Source of the DNA: Rhabdothermincola salaria
GTDB taxonomy: Bacteria > Actinomycetota > Acidimicrobiia > Acidimicrobiales > Acidimicrobilacustridaceae
DNA length: 64,000 nucleotides
NCBI RefSeq assembly: GCF_021246445.1
Contig: NZ_JAJQXW010000001.1
Span: forward strand, 930,001-994,000
Reading direction: 5' to 3'
The position numbers and the translations under genes were made by a program. The notes under the pieces are model-generated. The model did no database searches, was not told the DNA's origin, and saw only the letters and a program-made list of their open reading frames with translations. Each line of letters starts with the position of its first letter. The first letter of the stretch is position 1. Below, piece by piece: positions 9,094 through 18,717 of this stretch.

Positions 9094-11354
9094 CCACCCC
9101 GACCGGGCGGGCCTTCTCGCTCGACCCCTTCCAGATCGAGGCCATCGCCGCCATCGACGACGGCCGATCGGTGCTGGTCAGCGCCCCCACCGGTTCCGGC
9201 AAGACCGTCGTGGCCGAGCACGCCGTCGCCCGGACCCTCGCCGAGGGCGGGCGGGCCTTCTACACCACCCCGATCAAGGCCCTGTCGAACCAGAAGTACC
9301 ACGACCTGGTCCGCCGGCACGGCGTCGACCAGGTCGGTCTGCTCACCGGCGACACCTCGGTCAACGGTGACGCCCCGGTCGTGGTGATGACGACCGAGGT
9401 GCTGCGCAACATGATCTACAGCCGGTCGTCGGCGCTCGACGGCCTGGCCTGGGTCGTCCTCGACGAGGTCCACTACCTCCAGGACACCTATCGGGGCCCG
9501 GTGTGGGAGGAGGTCATCGTGCACCTCCCCGTCGGCGTCCGCCTGGTGTGCCTGTCGGCCACCGTCTCGAACGCGACGGAGCTGGCCCACTGGATCGAGA
9601 CGGTCCGTGGTCCCACGCATGTGGTGGTGGAGGAGACCCGCCCGGTCACCCTCGACAACTGGTACCTGGTCGAGGACCGGCTCCACGGCACCCTCGACCG
9701 CCTCCCGACCCTCGTCGGGGGACGAGCCAACCCCGACGGGAGCCGCTACGACGCCGAGCCGTCCCGACCCGATGCCCGTCGGGGCCGCGGACGGCCTCGC
9801 CGCCGGCATGCCACCCCCCGGCGAACCGACGTCGTCGGCCTGTTGGCCGACGACAGCCTCCTGCCCGCCATCTACTTCATCTTCTCCCGGGCCGCGTGCG
9901 ACGACGCCGTCACCGCCTCCATGGCCGCCGGGCTGCGCTTCACCGACGATGCCGAACGGTCGCGGATCCGCACCATCGTCGACCGCCACGTCGCCGGGCT
10001 CTCCGACGCCGACCTGGCCGTGCTCGACCACGACCAGTGGCGCCACGCCCTCGAATGCGGGGTGGCCGCCCACCACGCCGGCATGGTGCCTCCGTTCAAG
10101 GAGGCCGTGGAGGCCTGCTTCGTGGAGGGCCTGGTCAAGGTGGTGTTCGCCACCGAGACCCTCGCCCTCGGCATCAACATGCCGGCCCGCACGGTGGTCA
10201 TCGAGAAGCTCACCAAGTTCACCGGCGAACGCCACGAGTTCCTCACGCCCGGGCAGTACACCCAGCTCACCGGAAGGGCGGGGCGACGCGGCATCGACGA
10301 CCACGGCCACGCCGTCGTGCTCTGGTCGCCGTTCGTCACCTTCGGCGAGGTGGCGGGCCTGGCGGCCAGCCGCAGCTTCCGCCTCACCAGTGCCTTCCGC
10401 CCGACGTACAACATGGCCGCGAACCTCGTGCGTCGCTACGGCGCCGACGAGGCCCACCGGCTGCTCAACCTCAGCTTCGCCCAGTACCAGGCCGACGCCG
10501 AGGTGGTGCGGGTGCAGCACCGGCTCCAGCGCCGCCGGGCCGACCTCGAGCGAGCGATCGAGAAGCTGCACGGGGGTGGGCTGAAGGGGGCCGCCCGCGA
10601 CCGGGCCCACCGCCAGGTGGATCGCACCGAACGCGACGTCGCCCACCTCGAACACCAGGTCCGGGGTCGCACCGACACGCTGGTCGACCACTTCGACCGG
10701 GTCCTGCAGATGCTCGAGGCGTGGGGCCACCTCGACGGCTGGGCCCTGACCCGCCGCGGCGAGCAGCTGGTGCGCATCTACCACGAGACCGACCTGCTGG
10801 TCGCCGAGGCCCTCGAGGAAGGCCTCTTCGACGGCATCGACGCCCCCACCCTCGCCGGCCTCGCCTCCGGGTTCGTGTACGAGTCGCGCCAGTCCGGCCC
10901 CGATCTCGAGGCTTGGTTCCCCACCCGCGCCGTCGCCCACCGGGCCCACCAGCTCGACCAGCTCGCCGTCGAGATCGGTCGCGACGAGGCCCAGCTGGGC
11001 CTGCCCGTCACCCGCACCCCGGACTGGGGCTTCTTCGCCCTCGCCCACGCCTGGGCGGCGGGCGACGACCTGGTCCACGTGCTCGGCGAGGACGAGCTGT
11101 CGGGGGGCGACTTCGTCCGCACCATCCGCCAGCTGCTCGACCTCCTACGCCAGTTGGGGGAGGCCGCCGCCGACCCCACGACCGCGGCGACGGCGCGGTC
11201 CGCCGCCGACCTCGTCCACCGCGGTGTGGTGGCCGCCTCGTCGGCGATCACCACCGGTGACGACACCGACGACGCCACGGGGGGAGGCGACGACGAGACC
11301 GCCGGCGCCCCCGACCGGGGGGTCGACGGGGTGGCCGAGGACACCGGCCGATGA
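9090..11354 (+). CDS. helY: Ski2-like DEAD/DEAH RNA helicase HelY
   Basis: APTGSGKT, PIKALSNQK, DEVH, LSAT, QLTGRAGRRG, C-terminal GDFVR; GTGA overlap with tatC. Confidence 0.92.
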   Translation: MTTPTGRAFSLDPFQIEAIAAIDDGRSVLVSAPTGSGKTVVAEHAVARTLAEGGRAFYTTPIKALSNQKYHDLVRRHGVDQVGLLTGDTSVNGDAPVVVMTTEVLRNMIYSRSSALDGLAWVVLDEVHYLQDTYRGPVWEEVIVHLPVGVRLVCLSATVSNATELAHWIETVRGPTHVVVEETRPVTLDNWYLVEDRLHGTLDRLPTLVGGRANPDGSRYDAEPSRPDARRGRGRPRRRHATPRRTDVVGLLADDSLLPAIYFIFSRAACDDAVTASMAAGLRFTDDAERSRIRTIVDRHVAGLSDADLAVLDHDQWRHALECGVAAHHAGMVPPFKEAVEACFVEGLVKVVFATETLALGINMPARTVVIEKLTKFTGERHEFLTPGQYTQLTGRAGRRGIDDHGHAVVLWSPFVTFGEVAGLAASRSFRLTSAFRPTYNMAANLVRRYGADEAHRLLNLSFAQYQADAEVVRVQHRLQRRRADLERAIEKLHGGGLKGAARDRAHRQVDRTERDVAHLEHQVRGRTDTLVDHFDRVLQMLEAWGHLDGWALTRRGEQLVRIYHETDLLVAEALEEGLFDGIDAPTLAGLASGFVYESRQSGPDLEAWFPTRAVAHRAHQLDQLAVEIGRDEAQLGLPVTRTPDWGFFALAHAWAAGDDLVHVLGEDELSGGDFVRTIRQLLDLLRQLGEAAADPTTAATARSAADLVHRGVVAASSAITTGDDTDDATGGGDDETAGAPDRGVDGVAEDTGR

Positions 11355-11962
11355 CCATCCGCAAGGGCGAGGCGTGGGGCGCCCCTGGGGCTCTGCCGGC
11401 CGACGGGGTCCTGGTGCACAGCGACGCCCAGGCACGCGAGGTGGTGACGGAGGCGCGACGTCGCGGTGACCCGATCCCCACCCTGGGCCTGCTCGGCGGC
11501 GACCTCTGTCGCACCCTGGGCGGCAAGGGCGACGTCGAGCGCCTGCGATCGGCGGACGCCATGACCTTCCCCGTCGACCTCGGCGCCGCCCTGGTCGACG
11601 GCCACCTCCACTGGTTCGTGGCCCACCTCGTCGCTCGCCGCTCGTGGTGGTTCGGGCGGGTGATCGCCGTGATGAACGCCCAGTGGCACGGCCGCTGGGA
11701 TCTCGGCCCCCGTTCCCACCCCGACGACGGACTGCTCGACATCACCGACGCCACCATGGCCCTCGGAGACCGGTGGAAGGCGTGGCGGAGGCTTCCCACG
11801 GGGACACACCTGCCGCACCCCTCGCTGCGAACGACGCGCACCGCGGCCGCCACCTTCGATCTCGAGCCCGCCCTCACGGTGCACCTCGACGGTCGAGCCG
11901 TCGGACGGGCCCGCACCCTGGCGGTGAGGATCGAGCCCGATGCCCTCACCGTCGTCGTGTGA
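11351..11962 (+). CDS. Truncated diacylglycerol-kinase/YegS-like protein
   Basis: GGDLCRTLG, VDLG, HPDDGLLD, VHLDG resemble the DAGK accessory domain; ATGA overlap with helY. Confidence 0.65.
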   Translation: MTIRKGEAWGAPGALPADGVLVHSDAQAREVVTEARRRGDPIPTLGLLGGDLCRTLGGKGDVERLRSADAMTFPVDLGAALVDGHLHWFVAHLVARRSWWFGRVIAVMNAQWHGRWDLGPRSHPDDGLLDITDATMALGDRWKAWRRLPTGTHLPHPSLRTTRTAAATFDLEPALTVHLDGRAVGRARTLAVRIEPDALTVVV

Positions 11963-12026
11963 CCCGCCGCCCGGTCCGGACGGGCCGCCTGGGGCGTCGG
12001 TCAGAGCGGGAGGTAGCGTCAGGGCG

Positions 12027-13208
12027 ATGGACGTGCGTGAGCTGAAGGACCAGGTGTGCGCCGAGATCGATCGGCGGGCCGGCCAGCTGATCGGGGTCTC
12101 CCACGACATCCACGCCCACCCCGAGGAGAACTTCGAGGAGCACCACGCCCACGACCTGCTGACCACGGTGCTCGAGGAGGCCGGCCTCGACACCACCCGT
12201 GCGGCCTACGGCCTCGAGACCGCCTTCGACGCCCGCCGCGGCGAGGGCGGGCCCACCGTGGCGGTGATGCTCGAGTACGACGCCCTGCCCGGCCTGGGCC
12301 ACGCCTGCGGGCACAACATCATCGCCGCCGCCGGCCTCGGCGCAGGGTTGGCCGCGGCCACGGTGGCCGAGCGCCTCGGCGGGTCCCTCCGGGTGCTCGG
12401 CACCCCGGCCGAGGAGGGAGGGGGCGGCAAGGTGCTGATGACGGCCGCCGGCGCCCTCGACGGCGTCGACGCCGCCTTGATGGTCCATCCCGCCGACCAC
12501 GACCTGCGCCAGATGACCACCATCGCCATCCAGCGCCTGCGCGTGGCCTACGCCGGTGAGGCCGCACACGCCGCGGCCTTCCCGTGGAACGGCCGCAACG
12601 CCCTCGACGCAGCCGTGCTCGGCTACAACGCGGTCGCCGCGCTGCGCCAGCACATCCGGCCCGACGAGCGCATCCATGGCGTCTTCACCGACGGTGGCGA
12701 CAAGCCCAACATCGTGCCGGCCCACGCCGCCATGCTCTGGTACGTGCGCTCGGGCACCCTGGAGCGCCTCCAACCGCTCAAGAGCAGGGTGCTCGACGCC
12801 CTGCGCAGCGGGGCCATGGCCACCGGTTGTGACGTCACCCACGAGTGGCTCGAGCCGGCGTACGCCGAGCTGCGCAGCAACACGCGTCTCGAGGACCTCT
12901 ACGCCGCCAACTCCGCCCACCTGGGCCGACTGTTGCTCGACCCGGAGGAGGGCCTGCAGGTGTGCGGCAGCACCGACATGGGCAACGTCTCCCAGGAGGT
13001 GCCGAGCATCCACCCGATGATCGCCGTGGCCCCCGAGGGCGTGAGCATCCACACCCCCGAGTTCGCCCACTTCGCGGCGGGTCCCGAGGGCGATGCGGCC
13101 GTGCTCGACGGCGCCAAGGCCATGGCCATGACCATCGTCGACCTCTGGGCTCGTCCCGGGATCCTCACCGAGGACGGCCCCGCAAGCCGTGACGATGGCC
13201 CCCGCTAG
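12027..13208 (+). CDS. M20 family amidohydrolase
   Basis: EYDALPGLGHACGHN, GTPAEEGGGGK, GSTDMGNVS, IHTPEF. Confidence 0.92.
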   Translation: MDVRELKDQVCAEIDRRAGQLIGVSHDIHAHPEENFEEHHAHDLLTTVLEEAGLDTTRAAYGLETAFDARRGEGGPTVAVMLEYDALPGLGHACGHNIIAAAGLGAGLAAATVAERLGGSLRVLGTPAEEGGGGKVLMTAAGALDGVDAALMVHPADHDLRQMTTIAIQRLRVAYAGEAAHAAAFPWNGRNALDAAVLGYNAVAALRQHIRPDERIHGVFTDGGDKPNIVPAHAAMLWYVRSGTLERLQPLKSRVLDALRSGAMATGCDVTHEWLEPAYAELRSNTRLEDLYAANSAHLGRLLLDPEEGLQVCGSTDMGNVSQEVPSIHPMIAVAPEGVSIHTPEFAHFAAGPEGDAAVLDGAKAMAMTIVDLWARPGILTEDGPASRDDGPR

Positions 13209-13250
13209 GGTCCGCGGCCAGACCTCGGGCACGCCGTACGCTCGCCGCCC

Positions 13251-14858
13251 GTGAGCCTCTACGTCGCCGAGGAGTTCACCGCGGAGGAGGCGGACGTCCT
13301 CCGGCGGTACTTCACCAACCTGTACGACCCCGTGTTCGCCCTCGTGAACCTGCCCGAGGTCGTCAAGGGAGCGCTGTTCGCCCGCTACTCGCGCTCACCG
13401 AAGAGCCTGCGACGTCTGTTCCTCGACGAGTTCGTGGGCGAGCTGGACATCACCGGAGACGCCTCGATCGACGCCACCGTGGGCCTCCGGCGGGCCGAGG
13501 AGCTCTACGACCGCGTCTTCTTCGAGTACGGCGACGACTCCGTCGCCCAGCTCGGTGGCGTGCACCTGGCCTGCGAGCAGGCCTCGAACCTGTTGACCAA
13601 GGTGCTCGAGTGGGGACGCCTCATGTCCTACCTCGAGCAGTCCACCCGCTACATCGCCTACGACAGCCGCATCGGGGGCCGCTACCGCTACCACCGGCCG
13701 GCCGGCGTGATGCAGTCCCGGCAGGCCACTCGCTACATCGGCGACATGGACCGGATGTTCGACACCTATGCCGAGCTGTTGCCGGTGGTGGTCGACCACC
13801 TGCGCGACACCGTGCCCAAGGACCCGGCCGACAGCGACTTCGTCTACCGCCAGGCGATCCGGGCCAAGGCGTTCGACTCCCTCCGAGGCCTGCTGCCCGC
13901 CTCCTCGCTGTCCAACGTCGGCATCTACGGCACCGGTCAGGGCTACGAGCAGCTGCTGTTGCGCATGCGGTCCCATCCGCTGCCCGAGGCCCGCCACTAC
14001 GCCGACCTCATGCTCACCGAGCTGCGCAAGGTCATCCCGTCGTTCCTCAAGCGGGTCGACCTCGACGACCGGGGGGTGGCGTGGAGCCGATACCTGGAGT
14101 CCAGCCGGGAGCAGATGGAGGACCTCGCCGATCGATTGTTCCCCGCCGGCACCGACCTGGAGCCGGCTCCGGTCGTCACCCTCGTCGACTTCGACCCCGA
14201 CGCCGAGGTCAAGCTCGTCGCCAGTGCCCTCTATCCGTTCGTCTCGCTGCCCGAGAGCCAGATAGAGGCCCGGGTGCGGGCCATGGGGGCCGACGAGCGC
14301 CTGGCCGTCCTGAGGGCCTACGAGGGCGACCGGGCCAACCGGCGCCACAAGCCGGGCCGAGCGCTCGAGCGTCCGACGTACCGTTTCGACGTCCTGGCCG
14401 ACTACGGGGCGTTCCGCGACCTGCAGCGCCATCGGATGCTCACCATCGAGTGGCAGGCCCTGACCCCCCGTCACGGCTACACGCGACCCGAGGCCGTCGA
14501 CACCGCCGGGGTGGGGGCGCGCTTCGACGACGCCATGGACCGCTCCGCCGCCCTCTACGACGCCCTGGTCCCCGACGTCCCGTCCGAGGCCTCCTACGCC
14601 GTCGCCCTGGCCTACAAGGTCCGGTTCGTCATGCAGATGAACGCTCGCGAGGCGATGCACCTCATCGAGCTGCGCACCACCCCCCAGGGGCACCCCGCCT
14701 ACCGCCTGGTGGGCCAGGAGATGCACCGCCTGATCGAAGAACAGGCCGGTCACAGCGCCGTCGCCGAGATGATGCGCTTCGTCGACCACTCCGCCGAAGC
14801 CGAGCTCGAACGGCTGCACGCCGAGCGCCGAGCCGAGGCTCGCCGAGAAACCTCCTGA
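13251..14858 (+). CDS. thyX: FAD-dependent thymidylate synthase, tandem-domain form
   Basis: YGDDSVAQ, SYLEQSTRY, RDLQRHR, NAREAMHLIELRT; 535 aa, about two ThyX domains. Confidence 0.85.
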   Translation: MSLYVAEEFTAEEADVLRRYFTNLYDPVFALVNLPEVVKGALFARYSRSPKSLRRLFLDEFVGELDITGDASIDATVGLRRAEELYDRVFFEYGDDSVAQLGGVHLACEQASNLLTKVLEWGRLMSYLEQSTRYIAYDSRIGGRYRYHRPAGVMQSRQATRYIGDMDRMFDTYAELLPVVVDHLRDTVPKDPADSDFVYRQAIRAKAFDSLRGLLPASSLSNVGIYGTGQGYEQLLLRMRSHPLPEARHYADLMLTELRKVIPSFLKRVDLDDRGVAWSRYLESSREQMEDLADRLFPAGTDLEPAPVVTLVDFDPDAEVKLVASALYPFVSLPESQIEARVRAMGADERLAVLRAYEGDRANRRHKPGRALERPTYRFDVLADYGAFRDLQRHRMLTIEWQALTPRHGYTRPEAVDTAGVGARFDDAMDRSAALYDALVPDVPSEASYAVALAYKVRFVMQMNAREAMHLIELRTTPQGHPAYRLVGQEMHRLIEEQAGHSAVAEMMRFVDHSAEAELERLHAERRAEARRETS

Positions 14859-14981
14859 CCCTCGCGCGGCACCGGCGAGAACCTCGGGTAGAAACCAAGG
14901 GGCCGGATCTGCCTATCATCCGCCGCACCAACCCCCCTTCGCCGTGTGCGGGAACACCGGCGACCCGATGCCGAGGACGAG

Positions 14982-15491
14982 ATGGCTGACGACGACGTGA
15001 TCGACGACGAGGACCTGGACGACGAGGAGCTCGAGGGCGACGACCTCGAGACCGACGAGGACCTCGGCGACGACCTCGAGACCGACGAGGTCGTCGAGAC
15101 CGACGACTCGGAGGGTTCCGACGACACCGACGAGAGCAAAGAGGACGACGACGCACCGGCCAAGGCGAAGGCCAAGCGCGAGGACGACGACGACGAGGAC
15201 GAAGAGGTCGATCCCGACGACGTCGAAGCCGACCTCGACGAGATCTTGAAGGTGCGCATCGCGGCGGCCGAGGACGACGACGACGAGGACGAAGAGGCCG
15301 CCCCCGAACCTCGTCCGACCGGCGACGTCGCCGAAGGCGTCACGCCTCGCAAGGCCCACGAGTTCACGTGCACCGGCTGCTTCTTGGTGGTCAACCCGAG
15401 CCAGTTCGGTCCGCCCTCCAGCATGACCTGTCCGGTCGGGGAGGCCGACTGCCCGGCGATCGAGCGACTCCAGCGAGAGATGGTGAGCTGA
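14982..15491 (+). CDS. Highly acidic DUF4193-like protein
   Basis: D/E-rich N-terminus, PRKAHEFTCTGCFLV and later Cys residues; GAGGA RBS. Confidence 0.7.
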   Translation: MADDDVIDDEDLDDEELEGDDLETDEDLGDDLETDEVVETDDSEGSDDTDESKEDDDAPAKAKAKREDDDDEDEEVDPDDVEADLDEILKVRIAAAEDDDDEDEEAAPEPRPTGDVAEGVTPRKAHEFTCTGCFLVVNPSQFGPPSSMTCPVGEADCPAIERLQREMVS

Positions 15492-15494
15492 TCC

Positions 15495-16103
15495 ATGGCC
15501 GACGAGCGCCGCGACGACGACACCCCCCGTTCCCCGGTCGATCAGGTCGTCGACTACTGCGTGCTCGCTCCTCTCGGGTTCGCGCTCGAGGCCCGCTCAC
15601 TGCTGCCCACCTTCATCGAGCGGGGCCGCTCCCAGGTGGGCGTGGCCAAGATGGTCGGAGAGTTCGCGGTGAAGTGGGGGAGCACCCGGGTCGAGTCGGC
15701 GGTGGTCGACGCCCAGGAGCAGGCGATGGGCCTGCTCCGCCTCACCGGCCTGGCCCCGCTCGACGAGCGCGAGCGGGGCCACGACGACGCACGGGCGCGG
15801 TCCGAGCCCGCCGATGCCGACGATCGACCCCCCCTCGAACCGGGCTCGATCGGGACCGTCTCGGTGGCCCCCTCCGACGCTCACCCGGTCGAGGCCGGCG
15901 TGGTCGACGAGGGGGGACCGTCGATCGAGGTCGACTCGTTGGCCATCCCCGACTACGACAACCTGTCGGCGTCGCAGGTCCTGCCCCGCCTCGACGGCCT
16001 CGAACCGAGCGAGCTCGAGGCAGTGGGGCGCTACGAGCGGGACCATCGCGGGCGCAAGACGATCCTCAACCGGGTGGCTCAACTCGAACACCCCGACGGC
16101 TGA
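15495..16103 (+). CDS. Hypothetical protein
   Basis: Operon-like spacing; C-terminal LAIPDYDNLSASQVLPRL...GRKTILNR module. Confidence 0.7.
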   Translation: MADERRDDDTPRSPVDQVVDYCVLAPLGFALEARSLLPTFIERGRSQVGVAKMVGEFAVKWGSTRVESAVVDAQEQAMGLLRLTGLAPLDERERGHDDARARSEPADADDRPPLEPGSIGTVSVAPSDAHPVEAGVVDEGGPSIEVDSLAIPDYDNLSASQVLPRLDGLEPSELEAVGRYERDHRGRKTILNRVAQLEHPDG

Positions 16104-16107
16104 CACC

Positions 16108-16575
16108 GTGCACGCCGCCCGCCAGGCCACTCGTCACGACCTCGGGGTGCTGGTGGCCCTCGCCGAGGCCGCCGTCGGCGAGCTCGCCCCCCTGCGCGGC
16201 GGCGACACGTGGGCCCGCACGGTCGGGCGCCGACCGCCCCTCGAGCCGCCCCTGTCGACGGCCCTCGACGATCCCGGCCATCTGGTCGTGTGCGGCACCC
16301 TCGACGGTTGCGTCGTGGGCTACGCCACCGCCCGGGTCGATGGCCTCGACGACGGTTCACGGTTGGCCACGCTCGACGACATCTACGTGCTGCCCGACGC
16401 CCGCCACGTCGGGGTCGGCGAGGCCATGATGGACCTCGTGGTCGAGTGGGCGGGTGCCGAGGGCGCCTTCGGCATCGACGCGCTGGCCCTGCCCGGCATG
16501 CGCGACACCAAGAACTTCTTCGAGCGCTTCGGTCTCGTGGCCCGGGCCATCGTCGTTCACCGACGCCTGTCGTGA
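16108..16575 (+). CDS. GNAT N-acetyltransferase
   Basis: IYVLPDARHVGVGEAM (motif A), KNFFERFG. Confidence 0.85.
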   Translation: MHAARQATRHDLGVLVALAEAAVGELAPLRGGDTWARTVGRRPPLEPPLSTALDDPGHLVVCGTLDGCVVGYATARVDGLDDGSRLATLDDIYVLPDARHVGVGEAMMDLVVEWAGAEGAFGIDALALPGMRDTKNFFERFGLVARAIVVHRRLS

Positions 16576-16988
16576 CGGCCCGGCCCGAGCTCAGCGTGGC
16601 CGCCGTCGTCGTGCACGACGGCATGCTGCTGGTGGTGCGCAGGGGCCACGGCCCGGCGGCGGGGGAGTGGTCCGTGCCCGGCGGTCGGGTCGAGCACGGC
16701 GAGACGCTGGCCGAGGCCGTGGTGCGCGAGGTCGCCGAGGAGACTGGGCTCGAGTGCATCTGCGGAGAGCTGCTGGGGTGGGTCGAGGTCCTCGACGACC
16801 GGGCCGAGGGACACCACCACGTGATCCTCGACTTCGTGGCGACGGTGCTCGACCACAGGGAACCACGGGCGGGCGACGACGCCGCCGAGGCGGCGTGGGT
16901 GCCACTCGGCGACGTCGCCCAGCTCAACCTGGTCGACGGCCTCGCCGAGTTCCTCCACGACAACGGGGTCCTCGACACGATCGTGTGA
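16572..16988 (+). CDS. NUDIX hydrolase
   Basis: Nudix box GGRVEHGETLAEAVVREVAEETGL; AGDDA motif. Confidence 0.93.
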   Translation: MTARPELSVAAVVVHDGMLLVVRRGHGPAAGEWSVPGGRVEHGETLAEAVVREVAEETGLECICGELLGWVEVLDDRAEGHHHVILDFVATVLDHREPRAGDDAAEAAWVPLGDVAQLNLVDGLAEFLHDNGVLDTIV

Positions 16989-17012
16989 CGAGGACCGTGG
17001 GCCCGACGCGCC

Positions 17013-17039
17013 CGGCCCCGGCTCGCAGAGCCGGGGCCG
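17013..17039. terminator. Hairpin between convergent genes
   Basis: CGGCCCCGGCTC-GCA-GAGCCGGGGCCG, perfect 12-bp stem. Confidence 0.65.
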
Positions 17040-17072
17040 TCGCGGGTGGGGTCGCCGTGGTGTCGTCGACCC

Positions 17073-17834
17073 TCAGCGGCCCTTCCACTCGGGTGGGCGC
17101 TTCTCGATGAACGCCTCGAGGCCCTCCTTGGTGTCCTCGGAGCCCAGGACACGTCCGAAGGCGTCACCCGTGGCCTTCTTGATGGTGGCCTCGTCCTCCC
17201 AGTCGGCCATCAGGACCAGGTCGCGGCTCTCCCACACCGACAGCGGGGCGTTGGCGGCGATGGTCTCGGCCATGGCCATGGCGCCCTCGAGAGCCTGACC
17301 GGGCTCGGTCACCCGGTTGACCATGCCCAGCTGGTAGGCCCGCTCGGCGGTGAGGTTCTCGGCGGTGAGGGCCACCTCGAGGGCCACGTTCTTGCCGACC
17401 AGCTTGGGGAGGCGGTAGAGGCCGCCACCGGCTGCCACCAGGTTGCGCTTCACCTCGGCGAGCCCGAAGGCGGCCTGGGTGGACGCCACGATCATGTCGC
17501 ACGCCAGCGCGATCTCACATCCGCCGGCAGTGGCCAGCCCGTCGATGGCGGCGATGATCGGCTTGCGGCGCTGCCGGTCCACGATGCCGCCGAACCCTCC
17601 CTTGGCGGTGGCCAGCTCGGCGGCCTTGCCGCTGTTGATGGCCTTCAGATCGGCGCCGGCGCAGAAGACCGGCCCGTTGGCGGCCAGGACGGCGACCCAG
17701 ACGTCGGGGTCGGCCTCGAGCGTGTCGAGGTGAGCGTCCATCGCCTGGGCCACATCACCGTTGATGGCGTTGCGGGCTTCAGGGCGGTTCAGGGTGAGCA
17801 GGGCGACGTGGCCCCGCACTTCGTAGTCAACCAT
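17073..17834 (-). CDS. Enoyl-CoA hydratase/crotonase family protein
   Basis: LNRPEARNAI, FCAGADL, AGGCEIALACD, EGLEAFIEKRPP. Confidence 0.93.
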   Translation of the reverse strand: MVDYEVRGHVALLTLNRPEARNAINGDVAQAMDAHLDTLEADPDVWVAVLAANGPVFCAGADLKAINSGKAAELATAKGGFGGIVDRQRRKPIIAAIDGLATAGGCEIALACDMIVASTQAAFGLAEVKRNLVAAGGGLYRLPKLVGKNVALEVALTAENLTAERAYQLGMVNRVTEPGQALEGAMAMAETIAANAPLSVWESRDLVLMADWEDEATIKKATGDAFGRVLGSEDTKEGLEAFIEKRPPEWKGR

Positions 17835-17930
17835 GGGGCCGACCTTAGCCAGGGCTGAACGAGCGGGGCGTACGACGAAGACCGCATCGACCGCCTCGTC
17901 GACCAGCGAAGGTAGGATCGCCCCACACCC

Positions 17931-18116
17931 ATGACGAGCTCCGCATCCTCCCGGCGGCCCCTCGAGTGCCCCTACTGCAACGACTGCGAGGTCGAGCGCC
18001 TCTTCCTCGCCTCGTTCGGCCTCGACTCCTGCCAGTGCGGCTCGTGCGGCGCCCGTTGGGACCAGGACGCTCGCAGCGGCCAGTACCGCGGCCGGGCCAG
18101 CCGCACGTGGATCTGA
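17931..18116 (+). CDS. Small zinc-finger protein (61 aa)
   Basis: CPYC and CQCGSC; ends 4 nt before the HAD gene; TAGGAT box upstream. Confidence 0.6.
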   Translation: MTSSASSRRPLECPYCNDCEVERLFLASFGLDSCQCGSCGARWDQDARSGQYRGRASRTWI

Positions 18117-18120
18117 CGAC

Positions 18121-18693
18121 GTGACCGAGGTCCTCACGGGACGCGACCTGGTCGTGTTCGACCTCGACGGGACCCTGCTCGACTCCGACGCCGCCCTGCT
18201 GGCCCCGTTCGCCGAGATGGGGGTCGATCTCAGCGACGTGCGCATGGGATCGGTGGTGGGCGCGGAGTGCGAGCGGCTGGGTGTCTCCGTCGACGAGTAC
18301 GTGGCCCGCTACGACACCGAGGTGGTGCAGCCGTTCGCCGGTGTCGAGGACGTGCTGGCCTGCGTGCCGCGGTGGGCGGTGTGCTCCAACAAGCACCCGA
18401 TCTCCGGGCGGGCCGAACTGGCCCGCCTCGGCTGGCAGCCCGAGGTGGCCATGTTCACCGACGCCTTCGCCGGCGCCCCCAAGGAGGTGGGCCCGGTGCT
18501 CGATCGCCTCGGAGTCGACGCCGACCGGGCCGTCTTCGTGGGCGACACCTCCCACGACCGGGCCACGGCGTCGCGGGCCGGGGTCCCGTTCGTCCTCGCC
18601 GGCTGGAACCCCCGGGCCCAACCCGGCCCCGGGGACATCGTGGCGCGGCGCCCCGAAGAGCTGCTGGTCGTGCTCGGACTCGACGCCGTCTAA
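18121..18693 (+). CDS. HAD-superfamily hydrolase
   Basis: FDLDGTLLDS, SNK, VGDTSHD. Confidence 0.9.
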   Translation: MTEVLTGRDLVVFDLDGTLLDSDAALLAPFAEMGVDLSDVRMGSVVGAECERLGVSVDEYVARYDTEVVQPFAGVEDVLACVPRWAVCSNKHPISGRAELARLGWQPEVAMFTDAFAGAPKEVGPVLDRLGVDADRAVFVGDTSHDRATASRAGVPFVLAGWNPRAQPGPGDIVARRPEELLVVLGLDAV

Positions 18694-18717
18694 CGCAGCC
18701 GGCTCACGCCGGGTGGG

